Assembly (NCBI GenBank): GCA_963701855.1
Contig: CAVPBK010000006.1
Location: 352,001-416,000, forward strand
Direction: 5' to 3'
DNA: 64,000 bases
Source: Nitrospirota bacterium
GTDB lineage: Bacteria > Nitrospirota > Nitrospiria > Nitrospirales > Nitrospiraceae
The position numbers and the translations under genes are program-made. The notes beneath the pieces were generated by a model. The model made no database searches. It saw only the letters and a program-made list of their open reading frames with translations, and was not told the DNA's origin. Below, piece by piece: positions 1 to 10,874 of the stretch (position 1 is the stretch's first letter; each line of letters opens with the position of its first letter).

Positions 1-460
1 GACCAATGTGGAGTTCCTCAAGGGCGAGATTGAGCATATTCCGCTGCCGGATAACTCGGTCGATGTCATTATTTCGAACTGCGTCATCAATCTGTCTGGC
101 GACAAGGACCGCGTCCTGAAGGAAGCGTTCCGGGTGCTCAAGCCGGGGGGCCGTTTCGCCGTCTCGGATGTGATGGTGCGCGGCGAAGTACCGGCCCTTA
201 TCAAGAAAAGCATGGAGCTCTGGGTCGGCTGCATCGCCGGCGCACTTGCTGATCACGAGTATGTTAAGAAACTCGCCCTGGCTGGCTTCGAGAACATTGA
301 TATCGAGGTCACGCGCACGTACAGCGCGGAGGATGCACGCAGCTTCCTCGTCGGAGAGGGACTGGATACCGACGCGCTCGCCGAACAGATTGACGGCAAA
401 TTCATCAGCGGGTTTGTCCGCGCGGTCAAACCCGCCTGCTGCAAGCCGGGGTGTTGCTAA
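1..460 (+). CDS. arsM: arsenite S-adenosylmethyltransferase, 3' part (starts before window)
   Basis: SAM-MTase motifs DVIISNCVINL and LKPGGRFAVSD; ArsM-typical WVGCIAGAL; C-terminal CC-x3-CC; adjacent to acr3. Confidence 0.9.
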   Translation, partial: TNVEFLKGEIEHIPLPDNSVDVIISNCVINLSGDKDRVLKEAFRVLKPGGRFAVSDVMVRGEVPALIKKSMELWVGCIAGALADHEYVKKLALAGFENIDIEVTRTYSAEDARSFLVGEGLDTDALAEQIDGKFISGFVRAVKPACCKPGCC

Positions 461-461
461 C

Positions 462-1586
462 ATGGCTGTGGTAGCTGAAACCATAGGGGTGCCTGCGAAA
501 ACGGCAGGCAGCGGACTGGGGTTGTTTGAGCGATACCTGTCGGTCTGGGTGGCGCTTTGCATGGGCGTGGGCATCCTGCTCGGCAAGTTTGCACCTGACC
601 TGATTCAGGGCCTACGCGGCCTCGAATTCGGGAAAGGCAGCCAGATTAACGTAGCGATTGCGGTGCTAATCTGGCTGATGATCACGCCAATGATGATGAA
701 AGTCGATTTCTCCTCAGTGCGCAACGTCGGACGAAGACCGGCCGGGCTTCTCGTGACATTGCTGGTCAACTGGATCGTCAAACCCTTCTCGATGGCGCTG
801 CTTGCCTATGGCTTCTTTCGATTCATCTTCGCCAGTTTCATCAGTCCTGCCGAGGCGGACCAGTACATCGCAGGATGCATTATCCTGGCGGCCGCGCCTT
901 GCACGGCGATGGTCTTCGTCTGGAGTCATCTCACGAAAGGGGATGCGGCCTATACGCTCGTGCAGGTGTCCGTCAATGACCTCGTCATGCTGGTACTGTT
1001 TGTCCCCATCGTGCAGTTCCTTGTGGCGGGCGCCTCGTCACTAGCTGTGCCGTTTCAAGTTCTACTGTATTCCGTGCTGGTCTTCATTGTCATACCGCTC
1101 GTAGTGGGCACGCTGCTGCGGTGGGTGCTAGTTGATCAACGCGGCAAGGCGTGGTTTGAACACACGCTGCTCCCGAAATTCTCATCGGCGACAATCGCGG
1201 CCTTGCTGGCAACGCTGACACTGATCTTCGCGTTCCAGGCTGAGAATATCACTGGGCGGTTCTTCCATGTGGCCCTCATCGCCGTACCGATCACGCTGCA
1301 GGTCTACTTCAATGCCAGCCTGACCTATGGCCTCATGAAGTTTTTCAACGTCGAGCATGCGGTCGCGGCTCCTGGTGCGCTGATCGGCGCATCGAATTTC
1401 TTCGAGCTGGCGGTCGCAACGGCCATCGCTCTATACGGCCCTGAGTCTGGCGCAGCTCTGGCAACAGTCGTCGGTGTCCTGGTCGAAGTGCCGGTCATGC
1501 TGTCGGTGTGCTCAGCCTGCAACCGCACCCGGCAATGGTTCCCTCAGCCTTCAATCGAGGGGAACAGACAGCCACTCGTCTCTTAA
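462..1586 (+). CDS. acr3: ACR3-family arsenite efflux transporter
   Basis: FERYLSVWV, AAPCTAMVFVW, ASNFFELAVA, GVLVEVPVML motifs; ATG 462 one base after the arsM stop. Confidence 0.93.
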   Translation: MAVVAETIGVPAKTAGSGLGLFERYLSVWVALCMGVGILLGKFAPDLIQGLRGLEFGKGSQINVAIAVLIWLMITPMMMKVDFSSVRNVGRRPAGLLVTLLVNWIVKPFSMALLAYGFFRFIFASFISPAEADQYIAGCIILAAAPCTAMVFVWSHLTKGDAAYTLVQVSVNDLVMLVLFVPIVQFLVAGASSLAVPFQVLLYSVLVFIVIPLVVGTLLRWVLVDQRGKAWFEHTLLPKFSSATIAALLATLTLIFAFQAENITGRFFHVALIAVPITLQVYFNASLTYGLMKFFNVEHAVAAPGALIGASNFFELAVATAIALYGPESGAALATVVGVLVEVPVMLSVCSACNRTRQWFPQPSIEGNRQPLVS

Positions 1587-1637
1587 ACTCAACGCCTTCG
1601 TAATACTCGTGGCCATCGCATGATGAAAGGAGTGTCT

Positions 1638-2630
1638 ATGAAGAACATACTTGCCAGTTTCAATCTGTGGGGCTTCGTTTTACTGTGGGCCTCGTTCGCC
1701 AGTATTCCGCCGGCGTTTGCCGATAACGCAATCACGCTCGACCCAACCTTGAAAGGCTATGTCAAGGTTAGCGGGGTGTCCGGCAATGTCAACAGCATCG
1801 GCTCGGATACGCTCAACAACCTCATGACACTCTGGGCCGAAGGATTTCGGAAACAATATCCCAACGTCAAAATCCAGATCGAAGGCAAAGGTTCCAACAC
1901 GGCCCCTCCCGCATTGATCGAAGGCACATCGCAACTCGGGCCGATGTCACGCACGATGAAAAATACCGAGATTGATGCCTTCGAAAGAAAGTTCAGATAT
2001 AAACCCACCGCGTTCCCTATCGCCATTGACGCGCTTGCCGTTTACGTCAACAAGGACAATCCGATCCAAGGACTCACGATGGCACAAGTCGATGCGATCT
2101 TTTCGAAGAGTCGCCGCTGGGGCCACAATGAAAATATTAAGTTGTGGAAGCAAGCCGGCTTAACTGACGGCTTGGGCGACAGCTCCATCAGTATCTATGG
2201 ACGGAATTCGGCCTCGGGCACCTATGGATTTTTCAAGGAACATGCGCTCAAGAATGGAGATTTAAAGGACGAAGTCAAAGAACAGCCGGGGTCAGCCTCG
2301 GTGGTCCAAAGCGTGAGCGAAGATGAGGCGGGCATCGCCTACAGCGGCATTGGGTACCTGACATCGAATGTGCGCGCCGTGCCGCTGGCGGAGAAAGACG
2401 GCATGCCGTTTAAAGAGGCCAGCCAACAAAACGCGTACGATGGATCGTATCCGCTGTGGCGGCACCTCTACATCTATGTGAATAAGGCGCCCAATAAACC
2501 GCTGGACCCGATCGTCGGAGAATTCATCAAATACATCTATAGCAAAGAAGGGCAAACTGTGGTGATCAAAGACGGATTCTTCCCGCTGAAGGCCGCATTG
2601 ATCGAAAAGGAACTCAAGAATCTTGACTAG
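1638..2630 (+). CDS. pstS: PstS-family phosphate-binding periplasmic protein
   Basis: Signal peptide, GSDTL, GRNSASGT, YSGIGY, YPLWR motifs; AAAGGAG RBS before ATG 1638. Confidence 0.88.
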   Translation: MKNILASFNLWGFVLLWASFASIPPAFADNAITLDPTLKGYVKVSGVSGNVNSIGSDTLNNLMTLWAEGFRKQYPNVKIQIEGKGSNTAPPALIEGTSQLGPMSRTMKNTEIDAFERKFRYKPTAFPIAIDALAVYVNKDNPIQGLTMAQVDAIFSKSRRWGHNENIKLWKQAGLTDGLGDSSISIYGRNSASGTYGFFKEHALKNGDLKDEVKEQPGSASVVQSVSEDEAGIAYSGIGYLTSNVRAVPLAEKDGMPFKEASQQNAYDGSYPLWRHLYIYVNKAPNKPLDPIVGEFIKYIYSKEGQTVVIKDGFFPLKAALIEKELKNLD

Positions 2631-2685
2631 CGACACTGGTCCCGCAAGCGGGTGGTAGAACATTCAACAGTAAATGGGTAGAAGC

Positions 2686-3099
2686 ATGGAAAAGAGACGG
2701 GTATTAATCCTCTGCACCGGCAATTCGGCCAGATCGCAGATGGCCGAAGGTCTCTTGCGGCATGACGCGGGGGACCGTTTCGAAGTGGAGAGCGCCGGTA
2801 CGAAGCCGGGCATCGTGCGACCTGAAGCGATTGCTGTCATGAAAGAAGTGGGGATCGACATCACCGCGCATCGGTCGAAACACGTCGAAGAGTTTAACGG
2901 ACAGCACTTCGACTACGTGCTGACTGTCTGCAACAATGCGAAGGAAAGCTGCCCGGTCTTTTTCGCGACGGCAGAATGCCCGCATCATGGCTTCACAGAT
3001 CCAGCCATCGTCGATGGGGCTCAAGAGAAGCGTATGGCCGCTTTCCGCACCGTGCGTGACGAAATACGGTCTTACCTCAAGGGATTTCCGCAAGGATAG
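2686..3099 (+). CDS. arsC: arsenate reductase, LMW-PTP/thioredoxin type
   Basis: P-loop CTGNSARS, VC-x6-CP redox pair, DP motif; ars operon context. Confidence 0.9.
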   Translation: MEKRRVLILCTGNSARSQMAEGLLRHDAGDRFEVESAGTKPGIVRPEAIAVMKEVGIDITAHRSKHVEEFNGQHFDYVLTVCNNAKESCPVFFATAECPHHGFTDPAIVDGAQEKRMAAFRTVRDEIRSYLKGFPQG

Positions 3100-3342
3100 A
3101 TCGAATGCCCTATGGCATGGCCGGGGCGAGATTTGAAACCCCCTACAGTGTCGGAGACCATAGGGTGCGATCTGCTCTTATCGGTCCTGCTCAATGCCCC
3201 GACTCATTGTACTGACCTGCGGTTTCATTAACCTGAGAACGGGTAAAACACTCAGAAGCTCAAGGTGTTACAAGCTCTTCTACCATCATGCTACCGATCT
3301 ACACCGCGCGGGATTGGCCCACAAGCCTCGCCGCGCCGCATT

Positions 3343-3897
3343 TCAGCGTGTGAAGAAGAGCTTGCGGAGCCCACCTTCGCCCAGGTGGTGATCAATCTCG
3401 GAGAAACAGTTGTAGATCAGAAACGAGAAGACGGCGCAGAGATTAAAAGCAATAAAGTGGTTTACATCCCTGCCCGCCCACAACTCCGATAGCGCCCTGG
3501 AAAGTTCACCGTTTTCTCGGTAGAAATGGAACAATCGCTCGGCCAAGGTGACGACGAACACGATGGCGGTGTAACAGAGCGAGCGCCAAAGGACATGGGC
3601 AAAGAGACTCGCAGAGCGGAATTGGTTGCCGAACGAGGTCTTCTCAAGCAGGACAACGACCTTGGCGACCACCAGCGCACCGATCAGCGCCGTGTGGAAA
3701 ATCGTAATCTCCAAGTGATATTCCTCCAAAAAGAGCTTCTTGAGTAAGAGAAAAAACAGGAAGCAGCCCAGAAAATAAAGGGTTACGAGTGCGATCTCTC
3801 GCACCTCATGCCGTATGCGTTCGCCTACTGTCACCTGACCGCTCCTTTCTGTTCGCCAGTGCCCGCTGCCTAACGTACCATGACGAACATCCGCCAC
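3343..3897 (-). CDS. hypothetical integral membrane protein (about 4 TM)
   Basis: Four hydrophobic segments; start uncertain. Confidence 0.6.
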   Translation of the reverse strand: MADVRHGTLGSGHWRTERSGQVTVGERIRHEVREIALVTLYFLGCFLFFLLLKKLFLEEYHLEITIFHTALIGALVVAKVVVLLEKTSFGNQFRSASLFAHVLWRSLCYTAIVFVVTLAERLFHFYRENGELSRALSELWAGRDVNHFIAFNLCAVFSFLIYNCFSEIDHHLGEGGLRKLFFTR

Positions 3898-4005
3898 GAA
3901 TGAGTCTACGGGCGCAAAAGGCTAAGTCGTCCGCAGCGGACTGTCAAGGCTACTGAGAGGAGAAATGGATGAGGGGGAAAGCCGCTGACAAGTGCAGATA
4001 GCCGC

Positions 4006-4533
4006 CTACTTCTTCTTCCTCCACTCCCCACGGCGGTACCGGCTGCAGATCGGCCCACAAGCCTTTCTGCGACCCTCGCGCATCCCTCTCTAGCACTTCC
4101 AGTACCGTATCTCTCGGCGCATATCTTCTGTACCACCAGCAAAACCCCTCTTGACCAACGTGTGATTGACGTTGGTGCCATCGGGCAGGATTACCTCGCC
4201 GATGGTGGGCCCGTACTTGTCGAGACCGTGCGTCTGGAGTGTGACTTCTTTTCCATAAAACAACGCTGCCGCGGCTTGCTTCGCTCGCTTGCCGAACGCT
4301 TGGCCTTTCTCCGGGCAGTCGATTCCACTGAGGCGGATGCGTTCAGTATGGTGGCCGTTCAAGACTTCGACAGTATCGCCGTCGAGCACGGAGACGACTC
4401 CTCCAGTGAAGTCAGTGGCGAAGACAATAGTTGGGATGAGCAAGGCTGCCAGCAGCAGGAATGATGCCCTGTGCGGGACCAGGGTCGTCGCAAGGTAACT
4501 ACAAATACCCATCTCGTTGGGCATCCACGACAA
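4006..4533 (-). pseudogene. thermonuclease (SNase) family gene, frameshifted near 4150
   Basis: VLDGDT, IRLSGIDCPE, DKYG motifs; adding one base at GTC-AA(A)-GAG restores LVKEGFCWWYRRYAP...KGLWADLQPVPPWEWRKKK to TAG at 4006; start uncertain. Confidence 0.8.
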
Positions 4534-5110
4534 ATTGTGCGGTTGTCGAACGCACAGCGTCTTCGAGCGTATAGGTGAAGAAGTTAATCCAGGAGAATGG
4601 AAGCACCAATAGCCAGTAGAATCCTTTTACCGAAATTTCGTATGTGTACGTCTTTGTGAGCGCATTCCGGTCATAGACGCTATAGGACAACTCCCAGCCG
4701 ATTTGCTCAATAAAGGGGAAAATAAAGAGCGACCGATATGCCCATTTATGCCAGAACTCCCTCCACCCACTAGGAATTTGTTTTTCCAGAGCGCTGACCA
4801 CGACTTCCGTCTCTGCCCCCTTAGATTTATGATCACCAGGAGAACTGCTGCTACAGCCTCCGTAACTTTTAAGTGCTGCTTGCAGTGCATGAACCAGCCT
4901 CAACGGTACCAGCACGTCCCCTTCCGTTACAGTGTAAGTCGATCCGTCTGCCAGACGCGCTAGATACTTAATGGTGTGATGACAACGAGGGGATGCAGCC
5001 GGCTCATATGGGTTTGGGAGGGGATTCACAATTGGGAAATCCCGATACGTCACGATACAGCCGGAGAGGGTGACCAGAAGTACAAGAAGCATGAGGCTGC
5101 GGGTTCTCAC
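4499..5110 (-). CDS. putative lipoprotein
   Basis: Lipobox LSGC after hydrophobic signal. Confidence 0.65.
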   Translation of the reverse strand: MRTRSLMLLVLLVTLSGCIVTYRDFPIVNPLPNPYEPAASPRCHHTIKYLARLADGSTYTVTEGDVLVPLRLVHALQAALKSYGGCSSSSPGDHKSKGAETEVVVSALEKQIPSGWREFWHKWAYRSLFIFPFIEQIGWELSYSVYDRNALTKTYTYEISVKGFYWLLVLPFSWINFFTYTLEDAVRSTTAQFVVDAQRDGYL

Positions 5111-5113
5111 GGA

Positions 5114-5410
5114 TTACTTCTGCCTCGCCACAATCTTGGAGTTGATCTGCTCGTAGGTCGCTCGCGGAAAAATCTTCTTCTGCACCAATTCATCCATCCG
5201 CTGATATGGTCGCCCCTTGATAATCTTTGCTGAGTAGGCCTCGCCGATCCCAGGCAGAGCTTTGAGTTGATCCGCTGTGGCCGTGTGGATGTCGAGGAGG
5301 TCCGCCTGCCCGGCAGCGATCGCCAGAGACGGGCCCACCAGAATGGAAGGCTTGAGGCTCCAGGAGCAGAGCCAACATAGCGCAAGAACAACAAGACTGA
5401 CTCGTTTCAT
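5114..5410 (-). CDS. ComEA-like helix-hairpin-helix DNA-binding protein with signal peptide
   Basis: LDIHTATADQLKALPGIGEAYSAKIIKGRPY HhH motif. Confidence 0.85.
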   Translation of the reverse strand: MKRVSLVVLALCWLCSWSLKPSILVGPSLAIAAGQADLLDIHTATADQLKALPGIGEAYSAKIIKGRPYQRMDELVQKKIFPRATYEQINSKIVARQK

Positions 5411-5929
5411 GATACGCTCATCCTATGATGAACTGAACTTCCTGCTCGGGCGTGGTTCTGAATGCCTGGACTCTAAAGACAAAGCGGTCCCATGTCATTC
5501 GTTACAAAAACGCAGCATGTAACACAATATTTTTAGGGGCAACCTTCATGTTATACGCATTATTCATGTTTTGGATTGTTGCTAGCATTTCAGCGGTTGT
5601 GGTTAGCATGGTACTCGGTGGCTTATTGTGTGTGTGGTGTGCCTTTATAGGTCGTAGGCGCTCCCGACGGGATGCCGCCTCCTTGTTAGTGCATCGTCTC
5701 CCGCAGCCACCCGCTGCCCCATCTCAATGATGCAGCCCTTCTCCCTGTTCCAATCATAATGCGACTCGCTGCAAAAATTCTTTGCGTTGGGCCGGAGTGA
5801 GCTCAATGGCATGAATCAATTTCAGGATACGGTCTATGACCGCTTCCTCCAGATTGGCGGTGTCGCCGATGCTGGCTTGTTTAGGCATATGCGTGCGGAG
5901 ACGTAGGCTCCCTCCATCTACGTGCCTGT

Positions 5930-6175
5930 CTAGTGCGTGGTTTCGATCTCTCTGAGCGCTTGGGTATACGGGGCACAGAACTCCTTCGCCTTGGGTGGCG
6001 CGTCCTGATATTTCTCCAGGCAGAGCCGATAGTCATGGAGCAACGCGGCCCGTTCTTCTTGGAGATCCGCCGTGGTCTTCTTGACACGAAATTCTTCGTA
6101 GTAATGACAGCCCACGGTCCCCCCAAGCAGCACGCTCACCCCGATCCACAACAGGAATCTTGAGAGTATACCCAT
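5930..6175 (-). CDS. small putative lipoprotein
   Basis: MGILSRFLLW...TVGC lipobox-like signal; two further Cys. Confidence 0.5.
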   Translation of the reverse strand: MGILSRFLLWIGVSVLLGGTVGCHYYEEFRVKKTTADLQEERAALLHDYRLCLEKYQDAPPKAKEFCAPYTQALREIETTH

Positions 6176-6306
6176 CACAACCTTTCCCTTTCCTTTGAGC
6201 GGTAGCCCCCTCCGTTCGCGCTCTTCCACAATGGCCGCCATCTCCGACATGGTGGAGACGGTCGCTTCTTCGAGGGACAGGGTGTCGCGTTGGGGGCGGT
6301 TCTCGC

Positions 6307-6888
6307 TCATTGGTTTTTCGGCTTCCACTCCCGCGCCAGTTTTTGCGCCTCAGCAATCTGGGCAGGGGTCATCTGCTTGGCGCTCGCATTACGAAGTTCG
6401 GCCGCCGGCTTATCCCCGTTCGTTGCCGCCAGGCTGTACCACTTATATGCCTGGACAATATCCTGCGGCACCCCTTGGCCCTCATCGTACATGATGGCAA
6501 TTTTCGTTTGAGCGAGCGCCTCTCCTTGGTCTGCGGCCAGACGGAACCATCGCAGGGCCTGCTGATAGTCTTTCGGAGTTCCTTCTCCGTTAAAATACAA
6601 CGTCCCTAGGTTGAACTGCGCCTTGGCCTGTCCCTGTGCCGCTGCTTTTGCATACCACTGCCGTGCTTGGACATCATCCTGCGGCACGCCTCGGCCTTTG
6701 CGATACAGCACTCCGAGGTTGTACTGCGCGAGGGCATCTCCCTGTTCGGCAAGTGGTCGCCATTCACGCAAGGCTGTGGCGTAGTCTCCACGGGTAGTGG
6801 CATCCATACCAGCCTGAAAGTCGGCCCATGCGGACACGGCGAGGAAGATGATCGACAATACAAATGTGATGGTGAATCGGAGCGACAT
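6307..6888 (-). CDS. Sel1-like repeat protein, secreted
   Basis: Signal peptide plus three AQ(Y/F)NLG.LY..G.GVP.D...A..W repeats; GAGG RBS before ATG 6888. Confidence 0.9.
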   Translation of the reverse strand: MSLRFTITFVLSIIFLAVSAWADFQAGMDATTRGDYATALREWRPLAEQGDALAQYNLGVLYRKGRGVPQDDVQARQWYAKAAAQGQAKAQFNLGTLYFNGEGTPKDYQQALRWFRLAADQGEALAQTKIAIMYDEGQGVPQDIVQAYKWYSLAATNGDKPAAELRNASAKQMTPAQIAEAQKLAREWKPKNQ

Positions 6889-7024
6889 ACGAACCTCGCG
6901 GGTGGCGTATTGTAGGAGGGGGACGAAGGAAGGCGCAAGACATGCGTGCGCGGTAGTCCGTCGCTGGAACTTCGTCATGGTGTTGACCAGCCGGGAATTT
7001 TTGTACCACTTACCATGTTAGTCA

Positions 7025-7867
7025 TCAGCTCGCAAGCTGGATAGTTTCGGGAGTGGGTGGCTGGCCCACGAGACTGCTATGTGGACGGACCATGTTGTAG
7101 TGAGTCCTCCAACGTTCCGTCATGATCTGTGCTTCCTTGAGTGTATAGAACAGCTCGCCGTTCAAAAACTGCTCCCGCATCTTTCCATTAAATGACTCGA
7201 CATACCCGTTCTCCCAGGGAGACCCTGGCTCGATATAGAGCGGCGCAGCCTGAAGGGCGTTCAGCCATTGTCTGAGTTTGCTCGCGATGAACTCCGGCCC
7301 ATGATTCGATCGGATGTGCATCGGGATCCCGCGACTGAGAAACAGATCCGCCAGGATCAACAACACGTCTTGTGAGCGGATCCGGCGGGCTACCACCGAG
7401 GCCAGACACTCACGGTTGTACTCATCAAGAATATTGAGAATCCGAAAGGGCCGTCCGTCGTGCGTCCGATCTGCCACGAAGGCATACGACCAGACGTGAT
7501 GGCGGTACGCGGGCCGGAGTCGGAGGCACGACCAATCAGCGCGCCACAGTCGGGCTCGCTTCGGCTGCTTTTGCGGCACTTGGAGGCCTTCGTGCCGCCA
7601 GATCGTATACACGGAGTCTTTTCCCACGTCCCAGCCCTCGCGTCTTAAGAGATCCGTCACCGTACGGTAGCCGTACCGCCCATACTCCTTCGCGAGGGCG
7701 ATGATCCGCTCGCGCACCCGCGCTCGATCGTGATCAGGCTGCGGCACGTACCGATAGGAGGACCGGATCTGGCCGATCGCCCGACACGCTCGACGCTCGG
7801 ACACCTGGAGCACCGTGACGGCGTGCCCCACGGCTTCGCGCCGGCGGGCCGGGTTTAGAAGTTTCCC
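7025..7867 (-). pseudogene. IS3 transposase OrfB (rve) with mutated DDE residues
   Basis: YGYR, PGSPWENGYVESFNG and RPHSSL present, but WSYDF reads WSYAF and RSDNGPEF reads RSNHGPEF. Confidence 0.85.
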
Positions 7868-8133
7868 GCGGCGACCTCTTTCAAGATGGAGAGATCGAGC
7901 GCTTGGTCGGCGACAATCCGCTTGAGGCGCAGATTCTCCTGCTCCAGTCCCTTCAGCTGCTTCGCTTGATCCACGCGCAGCCCACCGTATTCTTTCTTCC
8001 ACCGGTAGTACGTTTGCTCGGTAATGCTGAGCTTCCGACACGCGTCAAGCACCGCTAGCCCTTTGCTGGTCTCCAGCTCGACCGTCCGCAGATGTTGAAT
8101 GATCTCTTCGGGCGTGTACCGTTTTTTGGGCAT
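7855..8133 (-). CDS. IS3 transposase OrfA (HTH)
   Basis: TYYRWKKEYGG and LEQENLRLKRIVADQALD motifs; G-GGA-AAC slippery site at 7861-7867 just before the stop. Confidence 0.9.
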   Translation of the reverse strand: MPKKRYTPEEIIQHLRTVELETSKGLAVLDACRKLSITEQTYYRWKKEYGGLRVDQAKQLKGLEQENLRLKRIVADQALDLSILKEVAAGNF

Positions 8134-8407
8134 GATCCTGCCCTCCCTGGTTGCGGTCCAGTCTAACATTCACCCTGGACCAGATTTGCCCGGGCAGGTC
8201 ACGGGCAGGACTCAAATCAGACAAAACATCGATCGTATTACAGCGCGTTTTCCGCTCGTGCTAACGGCTCCTTTTCCTCCCCTCCCACGGCGGCCTTGGC
8301 AGACTTCGTGCTTGAAAACCATGGCGTATGAGTTTACGTTCATGCCATTTGAAGTGTTGTCTGAAAGGTAGTATGTCGAAAAACTCACTCAACAAGGAGC
8401 TGCTCTG

Positions 8408-8626
8408 ATGGAAGGAAACATATTTAAGGATGCTGATTGGGTATTGGGAGATATGGCGTGGGTCCTTTTAGGGGGAACCGTTGTCCTCGGGCTATTAATG
8501 TTGAATGCGTATTTTCAGCGAATAGCTAGAAGTGAGGAGGATGAACGAATAGCACGCCTGGCTTCCGAGCGTCTTAATCAAGAGAGATCAGCAGCTTCTC
8601 AGAGTCGTCGACCTAACGACATCTGA
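8408..8626 (+). CDS. small single-TM hypothetical protein
   Basis: AAGGAG RBS, one TM segment, charged tail. Confidence 0.55.
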   Translation: MEGNIFKDADWVLGDMAWVLLGGTVVLGLLMLNAYFQRIARSEEDERIARLASERLNQERSAASQSRRPNDI

Positions 8627-8724
8627 CGTCCTGGCTGCCTGTGGAACTCGGCGTGTCTTCCCTCCGATTCCGGACACACTTGCTTTCCTCGCATTCTGCC
8701 CACAGTGACCTTGTATCTTGCGCC

Positions 8725-9865
<1,141 letters not shown>

Positions 9866-10874
9866 GCCCCCTATAAACAGGCCGGATCTGGAGTCAAGAT
9901 TTCGACCGGTGGTCGGCTCCATAATTTTGTACCATTGCTAGGGAGCGTTTCCCGCCGTGATGCGGGGCTCACAGCGCTGATGCTCCGCGTGGGCCCTAGC
10001 GAATTCCTCGGGTGTGCGAGCCTGGAGCGCCTGGTGAGGCCGACTCCCGTTCTCCTCACGCCGCCAGGCCTCGATCCGGTCGTGAGCCTCCCGCAGTGAC
10101 TCGAACCCGTGTGCATGCAGGCCCTCCCGTCGCAACGTCGCATGGCACGATTCCACATGCGCATGGTCCGTCGGCGTGCCTGGTCTAGAGCAGTCGATGG
10201 AGACCGTGTTGTGAGAGGCCCAGCGGTCCATTCGCTGACTCCTGAACTCACTCCCGTTGTCACAGAAGCGCCTCCTCGGCGTGCCTCGATGGATGTTGCG
10301 CCGAGTCAACACCGCCACGACGTGCGCGCCGCGAAGACGCTGGCCCACCTCAATGGCCACACCCTCGCGCGTATACACAGCGCTGCCGGTGCGGGCGCGA
10401 AATCGGCGCCCCTCGACCAGTGGATCCGCCACACCGTCTCGTAGCCACGCGTCCTGCGGTCTCGTTACCGTCGGCCGGTGCACTCGGGGCACCACCGATT
10501 TTCGCCGCCGGGGGCTCCGGCGACGCAGCCTCAGGCCTTCTTCTCGGGAGAGACGAGACCCGAGCTTCTTGCCCACAGCCCCCCGTCCCGATTGAGGCGC
10601 CCCCGAATGTTTCGATACCCGTACCGGACCCGCGTCTGGGTCAGCTCCCTGCGCCGCGGCCGGAGTGCGGGGCGGGGATCACGCTGACTCCGATAGTCGT
10701 AGGGGGCCCTCGCACCGCGGACGGTTCGGCAGGCGCGCCGCTCACGCACCGCATACGCGGGGCACAGAGACGTCCCCACACTCCGCGTCCGCGAGGGCCG
10801 TAGACTTGTTTTGTGAGGACGTCCTGCAGCCTGACTTTGTCCAACGACAAGTCCGCCACCACGCACTTCAGCAA

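Larger units (their letters stand above)
6984..8201 (-). mobile_element. IS3-family insertion sequence, full length, probably inactive
   Basis: Imperfect IRs TGACCAGCCGGG...ATGTTAG (from 6984) and TGACCTGCCCGGG...ATGTTAG (8201 inward); orfA/orfB layout; no clear target duplication. Confidence 0.9.

Noticed and set aside
246..461. N-terminal extension of Acr3 in the ORF track
   Set aside because: Overlaps arsM in another frame; ATG 462 gives a normal Acr3.
5930..6328. Single 132-aa protein
   Set aside because: Looks like a chance in-frame join of a decayed fragment to a lipoprotein starting at 6175.
9938..10576. 212-aa ORF as an active or domesticated integrase, or as a DGR variable region
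   Set aside because: Many conserved structural residues are destroyed. Both A->C and T->G occur on one strand, unlike DGR adenine-specific mutagenesis, and no reverse transcriptase or template repeat is in the window.
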